64,000 nt of DNA from Tubulanus polymorphus (GCF_964204645.1 NC_134029.1:10690850-10754849), one strand, 5' to 3'; shown: positions 11,850 through 26,196, counted from the stretch's first letter. Program-made: numbers and translations. Notes: generated by a model not told the origin, from the sequence alone.

Positions 11850-13765
11850 ATGGCTGACCAACAAAGAAAATCTGATGCCAGTGATACGGATGATTTCTCG
11901 AACCTCGAAGTAAAAGACATTCGAAGGATGTTTCCTAACAGAAGTCATCGAATCGGCTTACTCCCTTCGAGAAAATTGATTTGTCTCTCTATAAAAGAGA
12001 AGCGAGATGTTGTTGTTTTATCACAGCGGAGGACCGTGTGCATGCCTGGATTTTTGCAGTATACAAGCTCATGTATGCCGAGCTGGGGGATGACCCTGAT
12101 TTCATTGTAACGTGGACTAACAAAGACTTGGATTACTCTGTGACGGAGTTTTCAGTCTGCAAAAGCAGTGTAGCCTCCGCAGAGTCCCGTAGTGTCTCAT
12201 CAGTTCCGCATGCGCCTGACCCAGTCAATGAATTACTGATGGTGAACCGACGCGTCTCAGTTCTAGAAGAAGCTCTAGTCAAAGTATCAGACAATATAAA
12301 CTGCGGTGTGGTGTATAAATTGTCTAGTATAGAGTCCTATCTTCTAATCCTCTGTAAGCGTAATATGGGTCCCGCTGATCGACTATGAAGAGGTAAAGGT
12401 GCTCAAAGCTAAAAACAATGCGCTACGTGCTAAGGTTTCCGAACTTGAATTACGAATTCAGACATCCAGTGTGGAATCAGAAGCTATGGTTGATAAGGCA
12501 GCAGCCGCCTCTTTCGAAGATCTGGAGGAAATAGAAGTATGACAGCCAAGTTGGAGGAACTTGACTCAACAAATAGAGATCTTTTGCGGGAAAGGCAGCT
12601 AATGATGGTGGATAATGATAAATTATCATTAGAATTAAGTGAATCCCGACAGGAAATTAGTATCCTTCAAGAACACATTGTACAACTCACCAACGAATGC
12701 AAAATACTCGCTAATTATAATACCCAGGACTGTGCGTCTCCCTCCAATGATACCCCGCAGTCAGTCGCCCCTTTTCGGCTCTCGAACCAATATTCTAAGA
12801 ACAAAGAAGGGGACAGACCTGAACCGGTAGCCGAAACGGACACTCTGTTCTTGGAGGACAGTATGTCCAAACTCATTGACTTCAAAATAATCGAAAACAG
12901 CTACAGAAAGCCAATTGAGGTCCGGAAAGCGGCGAGAATTAAGAACATTCCTAAAAGAGACGAAATTCCGAGCTCCGTCAAGAATGTAATTATTCAAACG
13001 GGAGTCAATGATCTGCGTAACCCTAAAGAGGAAGTGGAGCTAATTGCGACAGCCTTCGTTGACAGAGTGAATGATATTTCGAATCGTGATGGTTGCAGGA
13101 TCCTAGTGTCTTTGCCGATTGTGTCCATGGATGAAAGCCTTAATGGGAACATCCATCGTTTTAACCACATGGTTTTCGATGGTCTTAACGATAACGAAAG
13201 CGTTATATTCATCAACAATGACAATTTCATTAATAAAATGAGTGCGACCCTCTACGAAACCGACGGGCGGATTCATCTCGGTAAAAAAGATGGCAGCAGT
13301 CTCTTAGCGGCTAATCTTATTAGAGGACTAAGATGGTTAACCAATTCGAGCAAGTCCAACCGGAATCCGTTTGTTCGTAGTACGTCCGATCGTAACTCGT
13401 CCAACTATCATCAGTCTGATCACAATTCGCTTGACCGTAGTACGTCTGGTCGTAATCCGCTTGACCGTAGTCCGTCCGGTCGTAATCCGCTCGACCATAG
13501 TCCATCTGGTCGTAATCCACGAGACCGGAGTCCGTCCGGTAGTAATCCGCGAGACCGGAGTCCGTCCGGTCGTAATCCGAACAACTGTTATTCATTTAGT
13601 CATAATCCGCCTGATCATAATCGGTTTAGTCGTAATCCGCGCGCTCGTAATTCGTCCAGAGCAGGGAATCGAAACCCTCCTAATAGAAATACCAGCCGTG
13701 CCGCGGACCCTTTAAAGGCGTATACACAATGGCGACATCAAGGGAAACTCAGATCTCCTGATTAA
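11850..13765 (+). pseudogene. Non-LTR retrotransposon ORF1-like: coiled coil + SGNH/GDSL esterase-like domain + R/S-rich tail; 5' part frameshifted
   Basis: LFLEDSM (GDS block), IIQTGVNDL (GxND block), DGRIHL (DxxH block) in the 12539-13765 ORF; esterase ORF1s occur in CR1/L2/RTEX clades. Confidence 0.7.
13365..13640 (+). repeat. 30-bp coding tandem repeat (RSPSGRNPLD-like units)
   Basis: About 8 degenerate copies of gaccgtagtccgtccggtcgtaatccgc.. Confidence 0.85.
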
Positions 13766-13923
13766 AGCTCTTATTGACGTGCTAAATAAATCGTAAGGGA
13801 GCTCGGTGCCTCGAGTCTTGCTGTATAAGTCATAGGTCCAAAAAAAAAATAAGAAAAAAAATGATAATAAGAAAATCGTATCAATGTTTGTCCCTTTATT
13901 CATATACATGTATTTTCTGATAC

Positions 13924-16606
13924 GGGGTCATCCCACTAGTCCGGGGGTCCACTAGTCCGGGGGTCCACTAGTCCGGGGGTCCACTAGTCCGGGGGTCCAC
14001 TAGTCCGGGGGTCCACTAGTCCGGGATTAGCTTTGATCACTTGTTTTTGCTATCCAGGGATGCTTTATGTCAAATGTGTCTCGGTGTACCGGTAGACATA
14101 TTTTTCTCTCCGCATCAGGTCCTAAAACAGCCATTAGATTTTGCCAAATATGAAATTGCGACTATTATATTTTTCAAAACGTAATATAAACCTGTATAAT
14201 GTAGTTTCTATATTCAGTGAGCGTAATTACATGTATATGTATTTACAACCAATAATTAAAAGAAAATCAAATGAAAAACCACACAAACACCAGTCAGTCG
14301 AATTACGGTAACCAGAGAATCACATCACCAGTTGATTATTGACATATCGTCCTTATTTTTATATGGTAAAAACCATTATTTGCAAAAAATTCTAGAAGTC
14401 GGCTATCAGATGGCTAACTGCTCTCCAGTAGTTACTGGCATCTCTATCACCATCCTCATACTCTCTTTTGAGTCTGCGGAGACGTGTTTCCAAGTTGCGC
14501 CATTTGCGACGTCGCACAGTGGGATCGCCACCTCTGTTCATTTGGGCAATACTATTTGCCGTCTGTGCCTGTAGATCTTTCAGATGCCGTATGAGGATCC
14601 ATAAGTTTGGATGTCGGACTTGTACCTGGTCATTCCATCGCCTGTGAAATGCTGAAAATAGCTTTTTGTGTTTAAGTGAATATGCAGTCGAACCCCGATA
14701 GTACGATTCGGCTTACGACAAAACTCGCGGTATAAATTGTGTCGTATTACCAGGATTTTCGCACTATCCCCTTTCTAAACAAATATTTTGATGCGAGTTT
14801 GTATTGACTTTGGTTGGGACAGACGAAAATCGTCCTTATCTATGATAAATAGGAATCCCGTGGTTGTCCTATTAGACTGTATAAGGTGGCATGTTCATCC
14901 AAAGTACCATAAAAATTAGGATTTTAATAACCTGTCTGATTGCATATGGATCTAGGATTTTTTCTTAATTATCAGGATTATCATAATATAACAAGGCGCA
15001 AAGCACGTACTATTAAAATTGCGCATGACATTTAGTAGATTTAAGGAAAAACCAAGCCATTTACCTTCAGCATTGTTATTGGTACGGCAATCCATGTTTC
15101 GCTCGTACACATTCCATAGTGGTATTGGAAACTGGCCATTTATGTACGTGTTTTCTACATAAAACAGGAAATCATCAAGGGTCGGGTATTGTCTGATCGC
15201 TCTTCTTGTAGAATTTCTGTTTAGTAGCAGGCGAAAATTATTTCGAACTATTGCGACTGGCAAAAAGCCCAATGACATTACTTTCCGTACAATTTTACGA
15301 AGTCTGTTATCTTTCCTATATGCTCTCACAAGTCCAAGCAACTTGACATGTCGCCATAAAGCTTGGTTAAAGTGGAAATAGCAACCACCAATGTTCGTCT
15401 GAGGGAGTTCTGTTTCTACAGCCGTTATCAACGCAAGCTCAAAGTCACACACTATCATATTTGGTCGCCATCTACGATTACTTGCTCTTCTAACTTCACG
15501 TTTTAAGACCTGTATTATCTGACGATAATGAGCAATTTCACGGTTAACAGTAAGTGCGACAACTAGCGGGAGGACACGCCCATGATAGTCACCCAGAACT
15601 GTGAAAACTTGTTGATACGGTCTTGGGGCGGTTCTAAACGTGCCGTCCATATACAATGTGTTACTTACATTTAGTGCCCGTAGATTTCGATCGGCTCCAA
15701 ATATAAGGATTCCCCAATCGTTATCTTGGTGTAGCAAAAATCGCCTGCCATTCCAACATCGGGCCCATTCACCTGCGACATTAACAGAGTCTATATCATG
15801 TGGTATTTCGGGCATATGCTTAGTTTTTATTCTTGCAATTGCCGATCTCACCGACTTGAACGCGGGAATATCGCGATCCCCACCACCTTGTTGGTGCAGC
15901 CTAGATATTTCTTGGTCATAAACTCTTTTAACAGGTTTTGTGGGATCAGTGCGGACTTCATTTTTTAGTGTATTTGAAAATTCGCCCGCCTCAATCACCG
16001 CATCGTCGTGGCCATGATTATGTTCATCTGGACCGTCTAAAACTGTGATATTGCCGGGGTCACCATCGTCTCTATTGAAATTGTTTGTTTTCAGCTTGGA
16101 TCGGCAGTCTTTCCGCCAGCATCGCCAGAGCATGCACTCGCTCAGTTGCCTATTAAAATGGTACTTGTAGCCTTCGTTAATCAGAATTTTGCCAATACCC
16201 CTACTTCCAGTGGATAGTCGCGGTCTCTGAGCCATATCGTACACTCGGTCAACACGTTTAATACGAGAATGGCAGAGATACTCGCATTACTGAGAAACAA
16301 CATCATTGGGAACATATAGATTGTCTTAATTTCCCACGCTCCTGACAACTAATAATAGGCGAACGTCATGAGAATTTATTTAAAAAATGTATTTAATTTC
16401 AATTGTTGTCCGGTGTGTTCTTACATTAACTGTATAGCATACCGGAACTTTCATTTAGGTTTAAAATCCAATCCCGGACCAATGAACCCCCGGATCAATG
16501 AACCCCCGGACCAATGAACCCCCGGACTAGTGAACCCCCGGACCAATGAACCCCCGGACTAGTGAACCCCCGGACCAATGAACCCCCGGACTAGTGGTAC
16601 GCTCCC
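13924..16606 (-). mobile_element. Mutator/MULE DNA transposon, apparently complete
   Basis: 9-bp TSD TTCTGATAC (13915-13923, 16607-16615); GGG...CCC termini; subterminal arrays CCACTAGTCCGGGGGT x6 and CCCCGGAC(C/T)A(A/G)TGAAC x7 in inverted orientation. Confidence 0.93.
14392..16235 (-). CDS. MULE transposase with FLYWCH domain; two exons (16235-15065, 14651-14392)
   Basis: WRC...C...H.H; YMDGTF, CDFE, GCYFHFNQA, RTNNNAE; a GT..AG intron at 15064-14652 restores NNAEAFHRRWN...HPNLW in frame to TAG. Confidence 0.88.
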
Positions 16607-18895
16607 TTCTGATACAACCTATCATAAGTAAATAAGTACGCTTTCTTACCAATGTGTGCTAAGATTCAATTATTATCATTATTCAACCTATTAAGTATTA
16701 GATTTTGAATCTCTTTTATCGATGTATGTTCGGATATAGCCTATCGAATGCCAGTATTAAGTACTTGTTTATATATCTCCTTTTTTGACGCCTTATAAAA
16801 CGTTACCATTATGAAACCTAAACAATGCTAACCATTCAGCGTCATTTTACAAACGACAGCCGTAAATCGATGTGCAAAACGTAACAGGTTTATGTGTACA
16901 CAAACAAGCTATCTGGCAAAATATTATTGACATAGATGTAGAATCCTGTGATTATATAATGACCTATATTTGAACGTCGAAATGTTATATTGCATTGAAT
17001 ATCATTAGACGACGTATTGTAATAGTAAAGGATGTATGATTATATCAGAAGCGGCAGGCATAAATAGAAATGATAAGTAAATCGGATTATTCGGTTAAAT
17101 GGCGGATGTATACACGATGCGGAATGTAGTGTTCAATTGTGTAATTTGTAACAGTTAATTTTGCTCTAGCTAGTGGCGCCCTCATGCGGTATTTCTTTGT
17201 ACTAAAAGTTAAGATGGTATCCATGTGATTGCAATTTTAAGACAGTTTTAGTTTTTACGTTTGTTTCTGCCAAATTTATGTTAGATCAATCCCAAAACGT
17301 CTGTAAGTACATAGCAGAATATCTTCTAAATGTGTATTAATATTCAGTAATCAGTAACTATAGTTTAATGTGCTTTAAATCAGTCGCGAAAGTTTATTAA
17401 ATTTAATTATTGAGTACGTGACTTCCGGTAAAGATGGAAGACATTTTCTTTTTACTTTCGATATTAATTTCCTATGTTGCAATATTCTTATAGTGTAATA
17501 TTGTTTATTTTATTAGAAACCAACAACAACATATGTAAAGAACAACGACAAGATATGTCAAGAACAACACAAGATTAAGTTGATTCAAGAATAAAAAGTC
17601 AAAGAGTTGCGTTTAAACCAAGAAGATTGTTGCGTTAAGTTTATTTGCAAGATTCAAGATTGGCAGTTACACGGAAGTCTGATATAAAAGTCAGACCCTG
17701 ACGTGGGCATGCCGGTGGAATGACGAAGCTATCTACGATGTGTGTAGGGCCGGCGTGAATTTCATCAGCGCCTACAAGCGGTCAATATGGAAATGTGTAA
17801 ACATATAATTTCAATATTCAATCGTTTGTGAAAATATGTTTGATATTAGGAGTAGGCAAGTTTCGTGAGATTAGCAATTTATAATAGCATAGCTGTCATA
17901 TACGGCTCCGTGTCCTCTGATGGCATGTGTATTAGGTGACAATTCTATTCTGTATTGATCCTTATTACATTGAAATTCCGGGATAAAATTCCCAAATTCA
18001 ATAAATACAAATTTTAAAATAAATTAATACAACATACATGACACACGGGTAATTCATACAGAACAACATAAGCATGTTATTTTAAATGACAATGTCTACT
18101 TCAACCCACCCAGACTCAAGACTCTAGGATATCGAGTGACAGCCAAACCCGTGGCCCGGGCCCGGGGACCGGGCCGGCTGGCTAGGCCACACGATATGCT
18201 CGAAGTCATGATGAAGCAGACATCAGAAGTGCTCTTTCTTCATCCATGGAGGCAATGAAGTTGCAGACCAGCTTAGAGGCATAAGTAAATGAAGTCGGTC
18301 GCAAGTTCGCGATCAATTATTGAGAATTTTCAATAAAAAAATTTAAACCACTACTAGAGTCGAAGACCTGTATCATCTACCCAATCGCCAAATCTCATCA
18401 TTCCCCAAATTTCTTAAAACTTCGATTTCAAATTTGCAATTCCACATTAGCTTAGCCCAGAAATTCTACATTTTTTCCCAGGTGTCAAATAATTTTCTGA
18501 AATTAATTTTCTTGTTTATGTATGTTCTGACATAGTCTTTCAAATGCTACCATAAAATATTCGGAAATGTATCGATTTTTTATTAATGTATGTTCAGATA
18601 TAGCCCATCAAATGCTAGCATTAAGTATTTGGTTTTGTATCTCTTATACCTCTTTTTAATTACCGCATTGTATATAGAATTATGAACATAATGTATCTTA
18701 GACTGCTGATTGAAGCATTGCTTTACGGGTTTGTGTTCTCTAGAACTTAAAGCCTTTAGAAGTTTATTCTTTCTCATTTGTGACCGTAGTGTCAATACTG
18801 CTAAAAATTGTTACTGGTTATAAGTTTAATTACCCTGTTACCTTTGTTATTCAGTTACTCTTGAAGTAGTCTTATTACTGGTTTTTAATCTTACT

Positions 18896-21800
18896 ATGTC
18901 TCGTAATAATAGATATACGCTTTCAGTGAGTAGTTGGAATGTTCAAGGGTTGTTTTACATTGACGAAGATAATGTTCGTAAGTGTAAGTTGAATGATCCT
19001 CACTTTTCTTCGAATTTTAAGGAGGACATCATTTGCTTACAAGAAACCAAAGCGGGTGAAAGGGATGTTTTATCTCTTGAAGGGTACCATATTTTAGATA
19101 GTGTTAGAAGGAAGCGTGAAAGTAAAGGTATTTATGGAGGATTATTGTTATTCTGTAAACCTCACATTAAAGCTGGTATCGAAGTACTACCTTGTCACGA
19201 TACTGAATATTTATGGATTAAGTTAAGAAAAACCTTTTTTAAGTCAAAGGTAGACTCATATGTGTGCTTCGTGTATAATTCCCCTCAACACTCTTCCTTT
19301 TCTATGAAGAACAAGGATAATTTAAATACCTTGGAAAAAATCGAAATTGATCTTGCAAATATTCCCAAGAAGGTGATATTCTGATATTAGGAGACCTAAA
19401 CGCAAACATTAATTGTAATGATCTCGACTATATAATCGCTGATGATGAGGAGAATTTGAAATTCAACATCCCCCTCCCACCATCATATCTATGTGACTCG
19501 GTCTTACTAAAAAGAAATAGTACTAAAGATGTTCATACGGATGCTCATGGAAGCCAAGTACTGGATCTATGTATATCGGCATCACTTCGCATTCTTAATG
19601 GGAGAACTCTAGGGGATACTACTGGAAGATGTACGTCCTTTCAATATAATGGCTCTTCAATTAGTGACTATTGTCTCTCCAGCGTCAACATGCTTGAGCG
19701 TATCAATCATTTTAGGGTGAAAGAATTCACTACTTTCTCAGATCATTGTCAAATAGTAACTGATTTGAACCTATATGTTCCTAACCGCGGGGAGCCTACC
19801 AACAATCCCTCTATTAACCTTAGACAAAAGATAGTGTTTCCCAAATGGGCCCCTGAAGATTTTGATGCCTTCCAAACTTATCTGAATTCTCCATCTAACA
19901 GACAAAAATTGTCTTCCATTCTGGCCCAAAACAATAGCACGGATAAGGAAGGGGTTGAAAATATGACCAAGGAAATAGTGGATGTCCTCTCTATGTTTAA
20001 GACCCCTCGAGTGTATCGGAAGCGGATCAATTCCTCAAATGAACATAGCACGAAACATAAACCTTGGTTCAATGATAGATGTAAGGTAATGAAAAGAACC
20101 TTGACTAAACTGGCTAGTCGCATCTCTAATGACCCTCAAAATAAAAGTATAATCGCCCAATACTATCTACTTAAAAAAGACTATAAGAAATCTCTTAAAA
20201 AGGCAAATAGAGAGTATAGAAACTCAATTTTTGATAGCCTTAGTAAACTAGAGGGTAAAACCCCCAAAGCGTTTTGGGATATAATTAATAAATTCAAGAG
20301 TGGGAATTCCATTTCTAACGACAAAGCCAATAATGTGTCCCCGTACGAATGGTATGCTCACTTCAAGAAGTAATTTTCCTCTTCTTACCCGGATCTTGAC
20401 ATTCTGCCCGGGAAGACAAACTTCACGTGCCTGGACAATGGTGAGTTTACGTCGGAGGAAGTAAAAAAAGCCATTAAAACTTTAAAAAATGGTATCGATG
20501 TTAGCGCCGGTTTCGATGGCATACGAAACGAAATGCTAAAAGGCGTTAACGACATAGCGTTAGACTGCTAAGTAAAACTATTTAATTTGATTGTTTGTAA
20601 TAGTACCTACCCTAATGATTGGAGAAACTGTGCCATAAAACCTGTATTTAATGCGGGTAGCCCTAAAGACCCTAATAATTACCGTGGGATAGCAGTCTCA
20701 AGTTGTCTAAGTAAGCTTTTTGTCAGGGTCATAAGCAACCGGCTGGAAAAGGCTTGTGAGAAGTTCAACCTGATTCCAGAAAACCAGATCGGTTTTTTAA
20801 AAAAAATGTAGGACATCAGACCATATCTTAGCTTTAAAATCTATAATTGACAAAATGGTCAAAAAAGGTCGCTACCACTTTGTATGCTTTGTAGACTTCT
20901 CGAAAGCCTATGATAAAGTATGGAGACAAGCCCTCTTTTACAAACTTGACTGTCTGGGCCTCAATGGCCCCTTAGTTCAAATCGTTTAAGATATCTATAA
21001 AAGTGTATACTACTCGGTCAGTACATCATCGGGCCTCACCGATTTTATATCCTCGGAAATAGGATTAAAACAAGGATGCGTTTTGAGCCCCATTCTTTTT
21101 AACCTATTTATTAATGATATTCCCAGTTTTCTAAACTCTGAGAATTGTCACCCTTTCGAAATTGGGGCCAAAAAGCTCAATGTTTTAATGTAAGCTGATG
21201 ACCTAATTCTAATATCTGAATCAGAAACAGGGCTACAAGCTTTTCTGGATAACTTGGATATTGTAAAAAATGGAGAATGGAGGTTAATATCTCTAAAACG
21301 GAGGTAGTTATTTTTAACAAAGGTGGCAAACTTTTGAAGAAGTTCAACTTGTACTTTGGTCCGGCTCCTTTGAATATTGTTCAAAGCTATAAGTACCTGG
21401 GACTGCATTTATCCTGTTCTGGGTCTTTCAGCCTTGGAATTAATAGGCTATGCCAAAAGGCCCTTAAGGTAGTCTTCCTGTTAAGGAAAAGATTCAAATC
21501 CTCCTGTAATAACATCCCACTTATGCTCAACCTCTTCGATGCCTGTGTAAAACCTATTTTACTATACGCATCAGAGGTATGGTCATTGTTTCATATTAAC
21601 AAAAAGAACGATGCCCGCATGCAGAACCAAGACCGGGTTGAGGCTCTCTATGATAAGTTTTTTCCCGAAAAAATTCATACTAAATTCTGTAAATTTGTAC
21701 TAGGGGTCGGTAAACATGCTTCGAACATAGGCTCAAAAGGCGAACTAGGACGATACCCTCTAGCCATCCATCCAATTATCCACGCTATCAAATACTGGCT

Positions 21801-22130
21801 ATCACTAAACAAAGTGTCACAAGATAAATCTACACGCCTCGTTCAATCGTGTCTGCTTAATGAACCAGATTTCTTTGAGGACCGTTTACATGGTATTTTA
21901 AAATATATAGGTTTCGAACATATCTGGCATAACAGAGGTACTGTGTCTATTCCCGCCACGACTAAAGCTATCAAAGCCAAGCTATGTTCCAAGTATGATT
22001 CCTTTTTCTTTAGATATATTAACGGACTTGCTTTAAATAACGAAAATAGTAATAGGCTGAGATTCTACTGCAAGATAAAAAAACACTTTCGTATGGAAAC
22101 CTAGGCTCGCCTAAATATTGATAGAGCACA
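18896..22130 (+). pseudogene. LINE ORF2 (AP endonuclease + reverse transcriptase), RTEX/CR1-L2-like, with several stops and frameshifts
   Basis: SWNVQGL, CLQET, GDLNA, SDH; DPNNYRGI, NQIGF, FVDFSKAYD, GLKQGCVLSPILF, (Y>stop)ADDL, YKYLG, ELGRYPL. Confidence 0.92.
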
Positions 22131-22133
22131 CTA

Positions 22134-22457
22134 GGACCAGAATGCATTGGCAGTCGACCTAAATCATCATTTTTTAATCCATTTGAAACTGTATTGAAGG
22201 ATATCCAAAAAATCTGCATTGAGAGGGCTTCCTGAGAGAAAAGGGACTCCATGAATTGAAAGTTTAACAATATGTCTCCATGCCTACCAACTGAAGTTTG
22301 GTACGTAGGCATGGAAACATATTGTTAAACTTTCAAATCATAGAGTCACTTCTCTTCATTTAACCCCTTTCAGTGAAGACTTTTTGGATATCCTTCGATA
22401 CAGTTTCAAATGGATTAAAAATGATGATTTAGGTCGACTGCCAGTCCTTTCTGGTCC
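22134..22457. mobile_element. Palindromic MITE with TA flanks, inserted at the 3' end of LINE ORF2
   Basis: TA|GGACCAGAA...TTCTGGTCC|TA; imperfect arms span almost the whole 324 bp. Confidence 0.8.
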
Positions 22458-22669
22458 TATTAAGACCTTTATCAAGTATGTACTACCAAAATTGACTGAG
22501 CTAGGCCACCCGGAATGCTCTCAAGTCAGGTTGACATAGACATTAGTCAATTATGTAATGTAACCAAACCTTGGACCCTTGCAGAACTCACTGAAAGCTA
22601 TATATGTGATGATTAAACGCATGTTATATCGTATATATTTGTGTACGTGTACTTTTGTGTTTGTGTCAA

Positions 22670-22704
22670 TGTATGTATATATATATTTATACGCGTATGT
22701 GTAC

Positions 22705-22779
<75 letters not shown>

Positions 22780-22825
22780 TAAATGTGTGTGTATATGTGT
22801 GTATATATATGTATAGATATATACC
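22670..22825. repeat. (TA)n microsatellite with TG/TA-rich flanks
   Basis: Pure TA run ~22706-22772. Confidence 0.95.
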
Positions 22826-25716
22826 AAAATCTTCCTAAAGTCGTTTGTTACAAGCGCTGTGATTGATACGACCGGATTCTGGTCGGCTAGTAACGATGAA
22901 GCGGAATACCGGGATTCGGGGTAGCGTGCACTGGCAAGTGACTACAAAAATCTACTTCCGTTTCCGTTAAAATTCATAATGTCAAGTCTAAAGTCTCAAC
23001 TCTCGGAATTTCCTCGATCAAGAGGGAATACAGGTAGCTCTCTCTCTCTTTCCATAATCCTATACATTCAAGGAAAAAGTTGCATATAGGCGTCGCTTCT
23101 AGGGTTCGCTCACGTCACTAGCATCTGGGAGGTAGAGAAGCTAGAAGGGGAAAATTCTCTTGTTTTCCTCCATGAGATTTAACGTGCAAAAATATGTCAA
23201 GTCTTCCTCTGGTGAGTGAGAATACTTTAAGGAGTCCTAATTCTCAGTGATAAGTCATAATGGTAACACGGGTGACTGAATGTCCTCACAAATCACCCAT
23301 GAAAAAGCGTGTGCATGAATGAAAAACTGTGAGCAAAAGAATTAATAGAAGAATCATGAATGAGTCAAATGAAATAAAAATCCCCTAGCTTTCTCTCCGA
23401 CTGAGGAGGAAATACAGGACTGCGTCCAGCGCTACAAGTATTTCCGGCCTCCATAGCTGACCTGATCAGGCGTTTAGCTTCAAAAAGAATAATAGATACC
23501 AACTAAATAAAACGAGGAGCATTCACCAATATTTGGCCTCTCCCACTAGAGGGTGCCCTCAATGCTTCCCCTTTTTGAAGACTTACATGATGCCCAAAAC
23601 TCTCCAACCCACAAGATTCTTCAAGAATATTTTATGGTGTCACAGAATCCCAAAAATGCACAAGAAAATCCTTTCCTCAAATGATAGTAAATCCGACACC
23701 ACAAATATAGTTTAGGGAAAAAGGCAAAGATTTAGAATTTTATGTATATGATAATATTCTCTTGAATACTATTTATTATTTCTTGGAAATATTCGAACAA
23801 TGAACAATATATACACAACCTCGAGGTTATCTCTTATTTACAACATTTTAGGTAGATAAGATGGCCAACCGGCCACCAAAGGAGGAGATTAACAAAGGCA
23901 TATTGCCCTTAATACAAGTGCACGACTCGCACCAGAATTCAATAGTATCACGAATAAAGATTTCAGACATTCTAACATTACGACTCAATAATAGTTGCTT
24001 AAACCCTGCACTCCTTTTACGCTAAAGAAAATGTAACTCTGAGTGCTCTTAATAAAGATAAGAATTTTCGCTATATTTGATCATAGTTCCAGTTAAGCAT
24101 TTATTTAATTATTTTTCCTATTATGTTTATGTAAGAGATGGTCACTATTCCGAAAACTCAAAAGTTGAGGGAAAAACCAAGAGAGGAAATCGGAAAGAAG
24201 AATACTTTCGGGGAATAATTCAAAGGAGAAAGCCTCTTTGAACCCTGAAAGATTGTTTTCTGAAAACATCTTTGAGAATAAGGACCAAGAAATATGTAAA
24301 GAGAATCAGTGCTAAGTATGACTTACTAAGAAAATTAGATTAATCCCTCCCCCATAGTTCAAAATCTTAGTAATACACACCTTAAGAATGTGCACCGAGA
24401 CTAATTAATAAAGAACATTTTTGCCTTTTATAGAGCCCAGATTATGACATAACCCCATCTAATTGGCTAAAACAAAGCACCCCGAGCACACAATATAATT
24501 AAGAACCGTATAGTGGCGCCATCTCGGGCACAGAGCACAGCATAAAAACATCGATTAAGGCACATTAACTTGAAAAATACAAACCGGGAGTGACCCGAAC
24601 ACATAGAAAAGGTCTTTAGGTACAGTTTTTGAATTCAAATTAAATCATAGAATATTTCATTAAGATAGAAATAAAAATAGTTTCTAATCCACCAGACCGA
24701 AGTCCAAAGCATTAAACATTCTTGTCTCAGAATTACAAATACGTTATAAGGTTTTATTTTACATCATACAAACTTTTAATATGAATTTAATAGGAATTTA
24801 ATATGAATTTTAGACTGAACTGTGGAGGACTCTGCAGCTGGAAAATAAAAAGAACAGAACGAAGTGAAACGAATTTCCGCTACAACGACTCCAACGACTC
24901 GTGAGGTCAAGGGGTTCGGCGAACAGCTTTAGCGTAGTGGGTTCGAATCCCTTGACGGGTGAAGATGGACAGATACCTCCATCCCTTGTTATTAGCGACC
25001 TTGCAGAAGATACCTTTCCAATCCCCTTACTCCAGCGCCGGCGATAACCGCGGCTCCTTTGTCCCGAAATTGTTCCCGGTGGAAAATAGTACCGCCGCCG
25101 TATTTTTCTCGCTTTTTACACACGGAATAATTATCGAAAGCTATCATGTACGATACCGTTTGAAAGAGGATTATAAAGTCTTGACTCGGTAAAAGTATCT
25201 ACGAATTTCATCGTTTTTCAGCGACACGAGCTGTAGTTTATTAGTTGAGCCGATTTCGCCGGTTTGTTTACTTCCGGTACGAGCCCATGGCCCGCTCGAC
25301 TAGCGGGAGAGTTTAAGTTTCTGCACCGACGTCTTACTGCTATCATTATAAGTTATCACCCTAATTTCTAGTCACAAAGTTAACGTCCTTATATAATCCT
25401 CAATATTACAAATCCAGTAGATGATTTCGGCACCTTCATATCCTAAAAATACCGAGAATTCGACGAATGAATCGACGGCCCTGAACGCGGTCACGCATGA
25501 CGACCGCCTTTCGAGACCTTATTAATCTTTACGAATGGACGATCCTGCACACATTTCGGCAGCGGACTCGGAAGAATGCGAAAAAGCACATCTACCGCGA
25601 CGGCCATTGTTGAGCGACCAGCGAAGCGACGCGGAGTGATGCAACTATGGTGGCTTATAAGGGCCATAGCAGTAATAGGGGTAATGGGCTATAAACTATA
25701 ATATATTTTCATAACC

Positions 25717-25968
25717 GTGTGTAATTATTTTCATATTGATCATGTGTTGCCTATTTCTAAATTTGACATGAATGATGAATATGATAAAAAGTTAATTTGG
25801 AATTGGAAGAATTTAAGACCTTTAGAAAAGAAGGAAAATAAAATAAAATTTAATAAACTAGATTTACAGTTATATTTGGATCAATTAGATAAAGCAAAGA
25901 AATTCATTGAATTATGGAACAATGATCCAAATAATGAACAATATGTTGAATCTTTATTGAGTGGTTGA
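25717..25968 (+). pseudogene. HNH endonuclease C-terminal fragment
   Basis: HIDHVLP...WKNLRPL...EN..K pattern; starts directly at the partially deleted left TIR with no ATG. Confidence 0.65.
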
Positions 25969-26196
25969 AGAATAATAGAATTTAAATAAAATATAATAAA
26001 AATTACATACCTTCAACTATCTATTATTTCTATTTTGATTTTTAATATTTTCTTTTCAAAAAAGAATACTTTATATCACAAATAAAAAATACTAAAAAAA
26101 CAATACAAACTAATACTAAAATCCTTTAGCTTTAACTAGCTAGTATCATTTGAAGAATACTTATAATATTTTTCTTATTAAATTTCTCTAATATAA

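Noticed and set aside
13933-14025. Regular short repeats resembling a CRISPR array (also 16473-16595, 29091-29212, 58933-59215)
   Set aside because: Head-to-tail tandem repeats with no unique spacers; no cas genes; eukaryotic TE context.
22579-22838. ORFs with YIYIYI repeats
   Set aside because: Translation of a (TA)n microsatellite.
24905-24958. tRNA/SINE-like B-box GGTTCGAATCCC
   Set aside because: No convincing cloverleaf or A-box; only a short TCAAGGG/CCCTTGA stem.
22850-25660. Possible DIRS/LTR or other TE remnant with a GC-richer end before Polinton copy 2
   Set aside because: No recognisable protein motif, termini or TSD could be established by eye.
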